Made by a program: the position numbers and the translations under genes. 64,000 bases of DNA from the human T2T-CHM13v2.0 reference genome, Homo sapiens: assembly GCF_009914755.1 (NCBI RefSeq), contig NC_060938.1, one strand, 5' to 3'. Shown piece after piece: positions 13,701 to 27,500 of this stretch. The notes beneath the pieces were generated by a model. It did no database searches. It saw nothing but the letters and a program-made list of their open reading frames with translations, and had not been told where the DNA came from. The stretch's first letter is position 1. Each line of letters starts with the position of its first letter.

Positions 13701-16700
13701 GTGTTCATTCAATTCCATTCTATTCCTTTCCATTCCATTCCATTCCATTCCATTCCATTCCATTCCATTCCGGTTGATTCAATTCCATTCTATACCATTC
13801 CATTCCATTCCATTCCATTCCATTTCGTTCAATTCCGCTCGAGTTGATTCAATTCCATTCTATTCCATTGCATTCCATTCCATTCTACTCTGGCGGGTTC
13901 CATTTCTTTCCTTTCCATTCGATTCCATTCCATTCTATTCTATTCCATTCCATTCCATTCAATTCTACTATGGTGGGTTCCATTACTTTCCTTTCCATTC
14001 GATTCCATTCCATTCGATTCCATTCCATTCCATTCCATTCCATTCTACTCTGGTGGGTTCCATTACTTTCCTTTCCATTCGATTCCATTCCACTCCATTC
14101 CCTTCCATTTCATTCCATTCCATTCCATTCCATTCCATTCCATTCCATTCCTTTCCATTCCACTGAATTCCCTTCCTTTCCATTCCATTCCATTTAATTC
14201 CACTCGGGATGATTCATTTCCATTGAATTCCATTCCATTCCATTCCTTTCCCCTCGGGTTGATTCAATTCCATTCTACTCCATTCCATTCAATTCCATTC
14301 CATTCCATTCCATTCCATTGCAGTCCATTCCATTCCATTCCGCTCGTGTTCATTCAATTCCATTCTATTCCATTCCATTCCATTCCTTTCCATTCCATTC
14401 CATTCCATTCCATTCGGGTTGATTCAATTCCATTCTATGCCATTCCATTTCTTTCCATTCCATTCCTTTCCATTCAATTCCATTGCGTTCCATTCAGCTC
14501 GGGTTGATTCAATTCCATTCTATTCCATTCCATTCCATTCCATTCTACTCGGGTGGATTCCATTACTTTCATTTCCATTCGATTCCATTCCATTCCATTC
14601 CACTCCATTCCCTTCCTTTCGTTCCATTCCAATGAAACCCACTCGGGTTGATTCCATTCCATTCAATTCCATTCCATTCCATTCCATTCCTTTCCATTCC
14701 ATTCCATTCCTTTCCACTCGGGTTGTTTCAATTCCATTCTATTCCATTCCATTCCATTCCAATCGATTGCATTCCACACGGGTTGATTCAATTCCGTTCT
14801 ATTCCATTGCATTCCATTTACCTCCATTGCATTCCATTCCATTCCATTCGATTCCATTCCACTAGGGTTGATTCCATTGATTTCTATTCCATTCCATTCC
14901 ATTCCATTCCATTCAATTCCACTCCAGTTGACTGAATTCCATTATATTGAATTCCATTCCATTCCATTCCATTCCATTCAATTGCTCTCGGGTTGAGTCG
15001 ATTTCATTCTGTTCCATTCCATTCCATTCCATTCCATTCCATTCCGATCTACTCGGGTTGATTAAATACCATTATATTCCATTCCATTCCATTCCATACC
15101 ATTCCATTCCATACCATTCCATTCCATTCCATTCCATTCCATTCCATTCCATTCCATACCATTCCATTCCATTAAACTCGGTTTAAATTAATTCCAGTCT
15201 ATTCCATTCCAATCAATTCCATTCCATTACATTCCACTCGGGTTAGTTGCATTTGATTCCATTCCATTCCATTCCATTCCGTTATATTCAATTCCACTCG
15301 GGTTGATTCAATTCCTTTCTATTCCCTTCCATTCCATTCCACTCCATTCCCTTCCATTCCATTCCACTCAGGTTAATTTAATTCAATTCTATTCCGTTCC
15401 ATTCCATTCCATTCCTTTACACTCGGGTTGATTCAATTCCACTCCCTTGCATTTCACTACGTTCCATTCCATTCCATTCAATTCCATTGATTCCATTCGT
15501 GTTGATTCCATTCCATTACATTCCATTACATTCCTTTCCTTTCCATTCCCTTCCATTCCATTCCACTGCACTCCATTCCATTCCATTCCGTTAAATTCCA
15601 TTCCCTTCCATTCCACAAGGGAGTTGATTTAATTCCATTCTATTCCATTCTATTCCATTGTATTCCATTCCATTCCATTCTATTCCGTTCTATTCCACTC
15701 CATTCCATTCCTTTCCATTCCATTCCATTCCATTCCATACCACGTGGGTTGATTCAATTCCATTCTATTCCATTGCATTCCATTCCATTCCATTCCATTT
15801 CATTCCCTTCAATTCCACTCGGGTTGATTCAATTCCGTTCTATTCTACTCCATTCCATTCCTTTCAATTCCATTCCACTTGGGTTGATTCAATTCCTTTC
15901 TATTCCACTCCATTCCATTAAATTCGATTCCATTCCATTCGATTCCCCTCCATTCCATTCCATTCCACAGGGGTTGATTCAATTCCTATCTGTTCCATTC
16001 AAGTCCTTTCCATTCAATTCCATTCCATTCCATTCTATTCCACTCCATTCATTTCCTTTCCATTGCATTCCATTCCATTCCATCCCTTCCTATTCTGTTC
16101 CACTCGGGGTTGATTCAAATCCATTCTATTCCATTCCATTCTATTCCATTACATTCCATTCTACTCGGGTATATTCAATTGCATTGTGTTGTATTCCATT
16201 CCATGCCATTCCATTCCATTCCACTCCATTCCAATCATGTTAATGCAATTCATTTCTATTCCATTCCAATACATTACATTCCATTCCACTCCATTCCATT
16301 CGGTTTGATTCCATTCCATTCTATTCAATTACATTCCTTTCCTTTCCATACCATTCCATTCCATTGCATTCCACTTGGGTTTATTCAGTTGCATTCTGTT
16401 CCATTCCATTGTATTCCATTCCATTCCATACCATTCCACTCGGGTTGATTCCATTCAATTCTATTGCACTCCATTCCGTTCCAATCGAGCAGTTTCAATT
16501 TCATTCTATACAACTCCATTCCATTTCATTCAATTCCATTCCATTCCATTCTATTCCACTCTGGGTGACTCAATTCCATTATATTCTATTCCATTCCATT
16601 CAATTCCATTCCTCTCAGGTTGATTCGATTCCGTGGTTTTGCATTCCATTCCATTCCTTTCCATTCCATTCCATTCCATTCCACTAGGGTTGATTAAATA

Positions 16701-19700
16701 CCATTATATTCCATTCCATTCCATTCCATTCCATTCCATTCCAATCCATTCCATTCCATTCCTTTCCATTTCATTCCATACCATTCCATTCCATTCTATA
16801 CGATTCCATTCCATTCCACTCGGTTTAAATGAATTCCAGTCTATTCGATTCCATTCCATTCCATTCCATGCCATTCCATTCCATTCCACTCGGGTTGATT
16901 CAATTCCATTCTAATACATTCCATTCCATTCCATTCCATTCCATTCCGCTCGTGTTCATTCAATTCCATTCTATTCCATTCCATTCCATTCCATTCCATT
17001 CCATTCCATTCGGGTTGATTCAATTCCATTCTATACCATTCCATTCCATTCCATTCCATTCCATTCCATTCCATTCTACTCTGGTGGGTTCCATTACTTT
17101 CCTTTCCATTCGATTCCTTTCCATTCCATTCCATTCCATTCTATTCCTTTCCATGCCTTTCCATTCTACTCTGGTGGGTTCCATTACTTTCCTTTCCATT
17201 CGATTCCATTCCATTCCATTCCATTCAATTCCATTCCATTCCATTCCATTCCATTCCATTCCATTCCATTGAATTCCCTTCCTTTCCATTCCATTCCATT
17301 TAATTCCACTCGGGATGATTCATTTCCATTGAATTCCATTCCATTCCATTCCTTTCCCCTCGGGTTGATTCAATTCCATTCTACTCCATTCCATTCCATT
17401 CCATTCCATTCCGCTCGTGTTCATTCAATTCCATTCTATTCCATTCCATTCCATTCCTTTCCATTCCATTCCATTCCATTCCATTCAGGTTGATTCAATT
17501 CCATTCTATGCCTTTACATTCCATTCCATTCCATTCCTTTCCATTCAATTCCATTCCACTCCATTCCACTCATGTTAATGCAATTCATTTCTATTCCATT
17601 CCATTACATTACATTCCATTTCACTCCATTCCATTCGGTTTGATTCCATTCCATTCTATTCACTTACATTCCTTTCCTTTCCATACGATTCCATTCCATT
17701 GCATTCCACTTGGGTTTATTTAGTTGCCTTCTATTCCATTCCATTCCAATCCATTCCATTCCATTCCATTCCATTCCACTCGGGTTGATTCCATTCAATT
17801 CTATTCCATTCCATTCCATTCCAATCGAGCAGTTTCAATTCCATTCTATACCACTCCAATCCATTTCATTCAATTCCATTCCATTCCATTCTATTCCACT
17901 CTGGGTGACTCATTTCCATTATATTCTATTCCATTCCATTCAATTCCATTCCTCTCAGGTTATTCGATTCCGTTGTTTTCCATTCCATTCCATTCCATTC
18001 CACTCCGGTTGATTAAATACCATTATATTCCATTCGATTCCATTCCATTACATTCCATTGCATTCCATTCCATTCCATTTCATTACATACCATTCCATTC
18101 CATTCCATAACATTCCATTCCATTCCACTCGGTTTAAATGAATTCCAGTCTATTCCATTCCATTCCATTCCATTCCATGCCATTCCATTCCATTCCACTC
18201 GGGTTGATTCAATTCCATTCTAATACATTCCATTCCATTCCATTCCATTCCATTCCATTCCATTCCATTCCATTCCACTCGTGTTCATTCAATTACATTC
18301 TATTCCATTCCATTCCATTCCATTCCATTCCATTCCATTCCATTCCATTCGGGTTGATTCAATTCCATTCTATACCATTCCATTCCATTCCATTCCATTC
18401 CATTTCGTTCAATTCCGCTCAAGTTGATTCAATTCCATTCTATTCCATTCCATTTCATTCCATTCTACTCTGGTGGGTTCCATTACTTTCCTTTCCATTC
18501 GATTCCATTCCATTCCATTCTATTCCATTGCATTCCATTCCATTCCATTCTACTCTGGTGGGTTCCATTACTTTCCTTTCCATTCGATTCCATTCGATTC
18601 CATTCCATTCCCTTCCACTGAATTCCCTTACTTTCCATTCCATTCCATTTAATTCCACTCGGGATGATTCATTTCCATTGAATTCCATTCCATTCCATTC
18701 CTTTACCCTCGGGTTGATTCAATTCCATTCTACTCCATTCCATTCCATTCCATTCCATTCCATTCCATTCCATTCCATTCAATTCCGCTCGTGTTCATTC
18801 AATTCCATTCTATTCCATTCCATTCCATTCCTTTCATTCCATTCTATTCCATTCCATTCGGGTGGATTCAATTCCATTCTATGCCATTCCATTCCATTCC
18901 ATTCCATTCCTTTCCATTCAATTCCATTGCGTTCCATTCAGCTCGGGTTGAGTCAATTCCATTCTATTCCATTCCATTCCATTCCATTCTACTCGGGTGG
19001 ATTCAATTACTTTCATTTCCATTCGATTCCATTCCATTCCATTCCACTCCATTCCCTTCCTTTCATTCCATTCCAATGAAACCCACTAGGGTTGATTCCA
19101 TTCCATTCCATTCCATTCCGTTCCTTTCCACTCGGGTTTATTCAATTCCATTCTATTCCATTCCATTCCATTCCATTCCGATCGATTCCATTCCACACGG
19201 GTTGATTCAATTCCGTTCTATTCCATTGCATTCGATTTACCTCCATTGCATTGCATTCCATTCCATTCGATTCCATTCCACTAGGGTTGATTCCATTCAT
19301 TTCTATTCCATTCCATTCCATTCCATTCCGTTCCATTCCATTCAATTCCACTCCGTTTGACTCAATTCCATTATATTGAATTCCATTCCATTCCATTCCA
19401 TTCCATTCAATTCCTCTCGGGTTGAGTCGATTCCGTTCTGTTCCATTCCATTCCATTCCACTCCATTCCGATCCACTCGGGTTGATTAAATACCATTATA
19501 TTCCATTCCATTCCATTCCATTCCATTCCATTCCATTCCATTCCATTCCATACCATTCCATTAAATTCGGTTTAAATGAATTCCAGTCTATTCCATTCCA
19601 ATCAATTCCATTCCATTCCATTCCACTCGGGTTAGTTGCATTTCATTCCATTCCATTCCATTCCATTCCATTATATTCCATTCCACTCGGGTTGATTCAA

Positions 19701-21894
19701 TTCCATTCTATTCCATTCCATTCAATTCCATTCCATTCCATTCCATTCCATTCCGTACCATTCCATCCCATTCCACTCGGTGTTGATTCAAATCCATGCT
19801 ATTCTATTCCATTCCATTACATTACATTCCACTCGAGTTGATTCAATTCCATTCTATTCCCTTCCATTCCATTCCACTCCATTCCCTTCCATTCCATTCC
19901 ATTCAGGTTAATTTAATTCAATTCTATTCCGTTCCATTCCATTCCATTTCTTTACACTCTTGTTGATTCAATTCCACTCCCTTGTATTTCACTATGTTCC
20001 ATTCCATTCCATTCCATTCAGTTCCATTGATTCCATTCGTGTTGATTCCATTCCATTACATTCCATTAGATTCCTTTCCTCTCCATCCCCTTCCCTTCCA
20101 TTCCACTGCACTCCATTCCATTCCATTCCGTTAAATTCCATTCCCTTCCATTCCACAAGGGAGTTGATTTAATTCCATTCTATTCCATTCTGTTCCATTG
20201 TATTCCATTCCATTCCATTCCATTCCGTTCTATTCCACTCCATTCCATTCCATTGCATTCCATTCTATTCCATTCCATACCACGTTGGTTGATTCAATTC
20301 CATTCTATTCCATTGCATTCCATTCAATTTCATTCCCTTCAATTCCACTCGGGTTGATTCAATTCCGTTCTATTCCACTCCATTCCATTAAATTCGATTC
20401 CATTCCATTCGATTCCCCTCCATTCCATTCCATTCCACTTGGGTTGATTCAATTCCTATCTGTTCCATTCCAGTCCTTTCCATTCCATTCCATTCCATTC
20501 CATTCCATTCCATCCCATTCCATTCTGTTCCACTTGGGGTTGATTCAAATCAATTCTATTCCATTCCATTCTATTCCTTTCCATTCCATTCTACTTGGGT
20601 ATATCCAATTGCATTCTGTTGTATTCCATTCCATTCCATTCCATTCCATTACACTCGGGTTGATTCAATTCCATTCTAATACATTCCATTCCATTCCATT
20701 CCATTCCATTCCATTCCATTCCATTCCATTCCATTCCGCTCGTGTTCATTCAATTCCATTCTATTCCATTCCATTCCATTCCATTCCATTCGGGTGGATT
20801 CAATTCCATTCTGTACCATTCCATTCCATTCCACTCCATCCATTCCATTCCATCCGATCCACTCGGGTTGATTAAATACCATTATATTCCATTCCATTCC
20901 AGTCCATTCCATTCCATTCCAGTCCATTCCATTCCATTCCATTCCATACCATTCCATTCCATTAAACTCGTTTTAAATGAATTCCAGTCTATTCCATTCC
21001 AATCAATTCCGTTCCATTCCATTCCACTCGGGTTACTTGCATTTCATTCCATTCCATTCCATTCCATTCCATTATATTCCATTCCACTAGAGTTGATTCA
21101 ATTCCATTCTATTCCATTCCATTCAATTACATTCCATTCCATTCCATTCCATACCATTCCATCCCATTCCACTCGGTGTTGATTCAAATCCATGCTATTC
21201 CATTCCATTCCATTACATTACATTCCACTCGAGTTGTTTCAATTCCATTCTATTCCCTTCCATTCCATTCCACTCCATTCCCTTCCATTCGATTCCACTC
21301 AGGTTAATTTAATTCAATTCTATTCCGTTCCATTCCATTCCATTCCTTTACACTCGGGTTGATTCCATTCCACTCCCTTGCATTTCACTATGTTCCATTC
21401 CATTCCATTCAATTCCATTGATTCCATTCGTGTTGATTCCATTCCATAACATTCCATTACATTGCTTTCCTTTCCATTCCCTTCCATTCCGTTCCACTGC
21501 ACTCCATTCCATTCCATTCCGTTAAATTCCATTCCCTTCCATTCCACAAGGGAGTTGATTTAATTCTATTCTATTCCATTCTATTCCATTGTATTCCATT
21601 CCATTCCATTCCATTCCGTTCTATTCCACTCCATTCCATTCCTTTCCATTCCATTCCATTCCATTCCATACCACGTGGGTTGATTCAATTCCATTCTATT
21701 CCGTTGCATTCCATTCAATTTCATCCCCTTCAATTCCACTCAGGTTGATTCAATTCCGTTCTATTCTACTCCATTCCATTCCTTTCAATTCCATTCCACT
21801 TGGGTTGATTCAATTCCTTTCTATTCCACTCCATTCCATTAAATTCGATTCCATTCCATTCGATTCCCCAACATTCCATTCCATTCCACATGGG

Positions 21895-22085
21895 TTGATT
21901 TAATTCCTATCTGTTCCATTCCAGTCCTTTCCATTCCATTCCGTTCCATTCCATTCCATCCCATTCCATTCTGTTCCACTTGGGGTTGATTCAATTCCTA
22001 TCTGTTCCATTCCAGTCCTTTCCATTCCATTCCGTTCCATTCCATTCCATCCCATTCCATTCTGTTCCACTTGGGGTTGATTCAA
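21895..22085 (+). repeat. 91-bp tandem duplication
   Basis: TTCCTATCTGTTCCATTCCAGTCC...CCACTTGGGGTTGATTCAA begins at 21904 and again at 21995. Confidence 0.9.
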
Positions 22086-24549
22086 ATCCATTCTATTCCA
22101 TTCCATTCCATTCCATTCCATTCCATTCTACTCGAGTATATTCAATTGCATTCTGTTGTATTCCATTCCATTCCATTCCATTCCATTCCATTCCACTCCA
22201 TTCCACTCATGTTAATGCAATTCATTTCTATTCCATTCCATTACATTCCATTCCATTCCACTCCATTCCATTCGGTTTGATTCCATTCCATTCTATTCAA
22301 TTACATTCCTTTCCTTTCCATACCATTCCATTCCATTGCATTCCACTTGGGTTTATTCAGTTGCATTCTATTCCATTCCATTCCATTCCATTCCATTCCA
22401 TTCCATTCCATTCCATTCCATTCCATTCCACTCGGGTTGATTCCATTCAATTCTATTCCATTCCATTCCATTCCAATCGAGCAGTTTCAATTCCATTCTA
22501 TACCACTCCATTCCATTTCATTCAATTCCATTCCATTCCATTCTATTCCACTCTGGGTGACTCAATTCCATTATATTCTATTCCATTCCATTCAATTCCA
22601 TTCCTCTCACGTTGATTCGATTCCGTTGTTTTCCATTCCATTCCATTCCACTCGGGTTGATTAAATACCATTATATTCCATTCGATTCCATTCCATTCCA
22701 TTCCATTCCATTCCATTCCATTCTATACCATTCCATTCCATTCCACTTGGTTTAAATGAATTCCAGTCTATTCTATTCCATTCCATTCCATTCCATGCCA
22801 TTCCATTCCATTCCACTCGGGTTGATTCAATTCCATTCTAATACATTCCATTCCATTCCATTTCATTCCATTCCGCTCGTGTTCATTCAATTCGATTCTA
22901 TTCCATTCCATTCCATTCCATTCCATTCCATTCCATTCCATTCCATTCCATTCCATTCGGGTTAATTCAATTCCATTCTATACCATTCCATTCCATTCCA
23001 TTCCATTCCATTTCGTTCAATTCCGCTCGAGTTGATTCAATTCCATTCTATTCCATTCTATTCCATTCCATTCCATTCCATTCCATTCCGCTCGTGTTCA
23101 TTCAATTCCATTCTATTCCATTCCATTCCATTCCATTCCATTCCATTCCATTCGGGTTAATTCAATTCCATTCTATACCATTCTATTCCATTCCATTCCA
23201 TTCCATTTCGTTCAATTCCGCTCGAGTTGATTCAATTCCATTCTTTTCCATTCCATTCCATTCCATTCTACTCTGTTGGGTTTCATTACTTTCCTTTCCA
23301 TTCGATTCCATTCCATTCCATTCAATTCCATTCTATTCCATTCCATTCCATTCCATTCTACTCTGGTGGGTTCCATTACTTTCCTTTCCATTCGATTCCA
23401 TTCCATTCCATTCCATTCCATTCCATTACATTCCATTCCATTCCACTGAATTCCCTTCCTTTCCATTCCATTCCATTTAATTCCACTCGGGATGATTCAT
23501 TTCCATTGAATTCCATTGCATTCCATTCCTTTCCCCTCAGGTTGATTCAAATCCATTCTACTCCATTCCATTCTATTCCATTCCATTCCATTCCATTCCA
23601 TTCCATTCCATTCCATTCCCCTCGTGTTCATTCAATTCCATTCTATTCCATTCCATTCCATTCCTTTCCATTCCATTCCATTCCATTCCATTCGGGTTGA
23701 TTCAATTCCAATCTATGCCATTCCATTCCATTCCATTCCATCCCTTTCCATTCAATTCCATTGCATTCCATACAGCTCGGGTTGAATCAATTCCATTCTA
23801 TTCCAATCCATTCCATTGCATTCTACTCGGGTGGATTCCATTACTTTCATTTCCATTCGATTCCATTCCATTCCATTCCACTCCATTCCCTTCCTTTCGT
23901 TCCATTCCAATGAAACCCACTCGGGTTGATTCCATTCCATTCCATTCCATTCCATTCCATTCCATTCCATTCCTTTCCACTCGGGTTGATTCAATTCCAT
24001 TCTATTCCATTCCATTCCATTCCATTCCAATCGATTCCATTCCACACGGGTTGATTCAATTTCGTTCTATTTTATTGCATTCCATTTACCTCCATTGCAT
24101 TGAATTCCATTCCATTCGATTCCATTCCACTAGGGTTGATTCCATGCGTTTCTATTCCATTCCATTCCATTCCATTCCATTCCATTCCACTCCAGTTGAC
24201 TCTATTCCATTATATTGAATTCCATTCCATTCCATTCCATTCCATTCAATTCCTCTCGGGTTGAGTCGATTCCATTCTGTTCCATTCTATTCCGTACCAT
24301 TCCATTCCGATCTACTCGGGTTGATTAAATACCAATATACTCCATTCCATTCCATTCAATTCCATTCCATTCCATTCCATTCCATAACATTCCATTAAAC
24401 TCGGTTTAAATGAATTCCAGTCTATTCCATTCCAATCAATTCCATTCCATTCCATTCCACTCGGGTTAGTTGCATTTCATTCCATTCCATTCCATTCCAT
24501 TCCATTATATTCCATTCCACTCGCTTTGATTCAATTCCATTCTATTCCA

Positions 24550-27500
24550 TTCCATTCCATTCCATTCCATTCCATTCCATTCCATTCGGGTTGATTCATT
24601 TCCATTCTATACCATTCCATTCCATTCCATTCCATTTCGTTCAATTCCGCTCGAGTTGATTCAATTCCATTCTATTCCATTCCATTCCATTCCATTCTAC
24701 TCTGGTGGGTTCCATTACTTTCCTTTCCATTCGATTCCATTTCATTCCATTCCATTCTATTCCATTCCATTCCATTCCATTCTACTATGGTGGGTTCCAT
24801 TACTTTCCTTTCCATTCGATTCCATTCCATTCCATTCCATTCCATTCCATTCCATTCCATTCCATTCCCCTGAATTCCCTTCCTTTCCATTCCATTCCAT
24901 TTAATTCCACTCGGGATGATTCATTTCCATTGAATTCCATTCCATTCCATATCTTTCCCCTCGGGTTGTTTCAATTCCATTCTACTCCATTCCATTCCAT
25001 TCCATTCCGTTCCGTTCCATTCCATTCCATTCCATTCCATTCTATTCCATTCATTTCCATTCCATTCCATTCCATTCCATTCCATTCCATTCCATTCCAT
25101 TTCGCTCGTGTTCATTCAATTCCTTTCTATTCCATTCCATTCCATTATTTTCATTCCATTCCATTCCATTCCATTCGGGTTGATTCAATTCCATTCTATG
25201 CCATTCCATTCCATTCCATTCCATTCCTTTCCATTCAATTCCATTGTGTTCCATTCAGCTCAGGTTGATTCAATTCCATTCTATTCCATTCCATTCCATT
25301 CCATTCCATTCCATTCCATTCCACTCCGGTTGACGCAATTCCATTATATTGAATTCCATTCCATTCCATTCCATTCCATTCAATTCCTCTCGGGTTGAGT
25401 CGATTCCATTCTGTTCCATTCTATTCCATTCCATTCCATTCCGATCTTCTCGGGTTGATTAAATACCAATATACTCCATTCCATTCCATTCAATTCCATT
25501 CCATTCCATTCCATTCCATTCCATAACATTCCATTAAACTCAGTTTAAATGAATTCCAGTCTATTCCATTCCAATCAATTCCATTCCATTCCATTCCACT
25601 CGGGTTAGTTGCATTTCATTCCATTCCATTCCATTCCATTCCGTTATATTCCATTCCACTCGGGTTGATTCAATTCCATTCTATTCCATTCTATTCAATT
25701 ACATTCCATTCCCTTCCATTCCATACCATTCCATCCCATTCCACTCGGTGTTGATTCAAATCCATGCTATTCCATTCCATTCCATTACATTACATTCCAC
25801 TCGAGTTGATTCAATTCCATTCTATTCCCTTCCATTCCATTCCACTCCATTCCCTTCCATTCCATTCCACTCAGGTTAATTTAATTCAATTCTATTCCGT
25901 TCAATTCCATTCCATTCCTTTACACTCGGGTTGACTCAATTCCACTCCCTTGCATTTCACTAGGTTCCATTCCATTCCATTCAATTCCATTGATTCCATT
26001 CGTGTTGATTCCATTCCATTACATTCCATTACATTCCTTTCCTTTCCATTCCCTTCCATTCCATTCCACTGCACTCCATTCCATTCCATTCCGTTAAATT
26101 CCATTCCCTTCCATTCCACAAGGGAGTTGATTTAATTCCATTCTATTCCATTCTATTCCATTGTATTCCATTCCATTCCATTCCATTCCGTTCTATTCCA
26201 CTCCATTCCATTCCTTTCCATTCCATTCCATTCCATTCCATACCACGTGGGTTGATTCAATTCCATTCTATTCCATTGCATTCCATTCCATTCCATTCCA
26301 TTCCATTTTATTCCCTTCAATTCCACTCGGGTTGATTCAATTCCGTTCTATTCTACTCCATTCCATTCCTTTCAATTCCATTCCACTTGGGTTGATTCAA
26401 TTCCTTTCTATTCCACTCCATTCCATTAAATTCGATTCCATTCCATTCGATTCCCCTCCATTCCATTCCATTCCACAGGGGTTGATTCAATTCGTATCTG
26501 TTCCATTCCAGTCCTTTCCATTCAATTCCATTCCATTCCATTCTATTCCACTCCATTCATTTCCTTTCCATTCCATTCCATTCCATTCCATCCCATCCCA
26601 TTCTGTTCCACTCGGGGTTGATTCAAATCCATTCTATTCCATTAAATTCTATTCCATTCCATTCCATTCAACTCGGGTATATTCAATTGCATTCTGTTGT
26701 ATTCCATTCCATTCCATTCCATTCCACTCCATTCCACTCATGTTAATGCAATTCATTTCTATTCCATTCCATTACATTACATTCCATTCCACTAAATTCC
26801 ATTCGGTTTGATTCCATTCCATTCTATTCAATTACATTCCTTTCCTTTGCATACCATTCCATTCCATTGCATTCCACTTGGGTTTATTCAGTTGCATTCT
26901 GTTCCATTCCATTCCATTAAATTCCATTCCATTCCATTCCACTCCATTCCATTCCATTCCATTCCATTCCATTCTATCCCCCTCGGGTTGATTCCATTCA
27001 ATTCTATTCCATTCCATTCCATTCCAATCGAGCAGTTTCAATTGCATTCTATACCACTCCATTCCATTTCATTCAATTCCATTCCATTCCATTCTATTCC
27101 ACTCTGGGTGACTCAATTCCATTATATTCTATTCCATTCCATTCAATTCCATTCCTCTCAGGTTGATTCGATTCCGTTGTTTTCCATTCCATTCCATTCC
27201 ATTCCACTCGGGTTGATTAAATACCATTATATTCCATTCGATTCCATTCCATTCCATTCCATTCCATTCCATTCCATTCCATTCCATTCCATTTCATTCC
27301 ATACGATTCCATTCCATTCCTTACCATTCCATTCCATTCCACTCGTTTTAAATGAATTCCAGTCTATTCCATTCCATTCCATTCCATTCCATTCCATGCC
27401 ATTCCATTCCATTCCACTCAGGTTGATTCAATTCCATTCTAATACATTCCATTCCATTCCATTCCATTCCATTCCATTCCATTCCGCTCGTGTTCATTCA

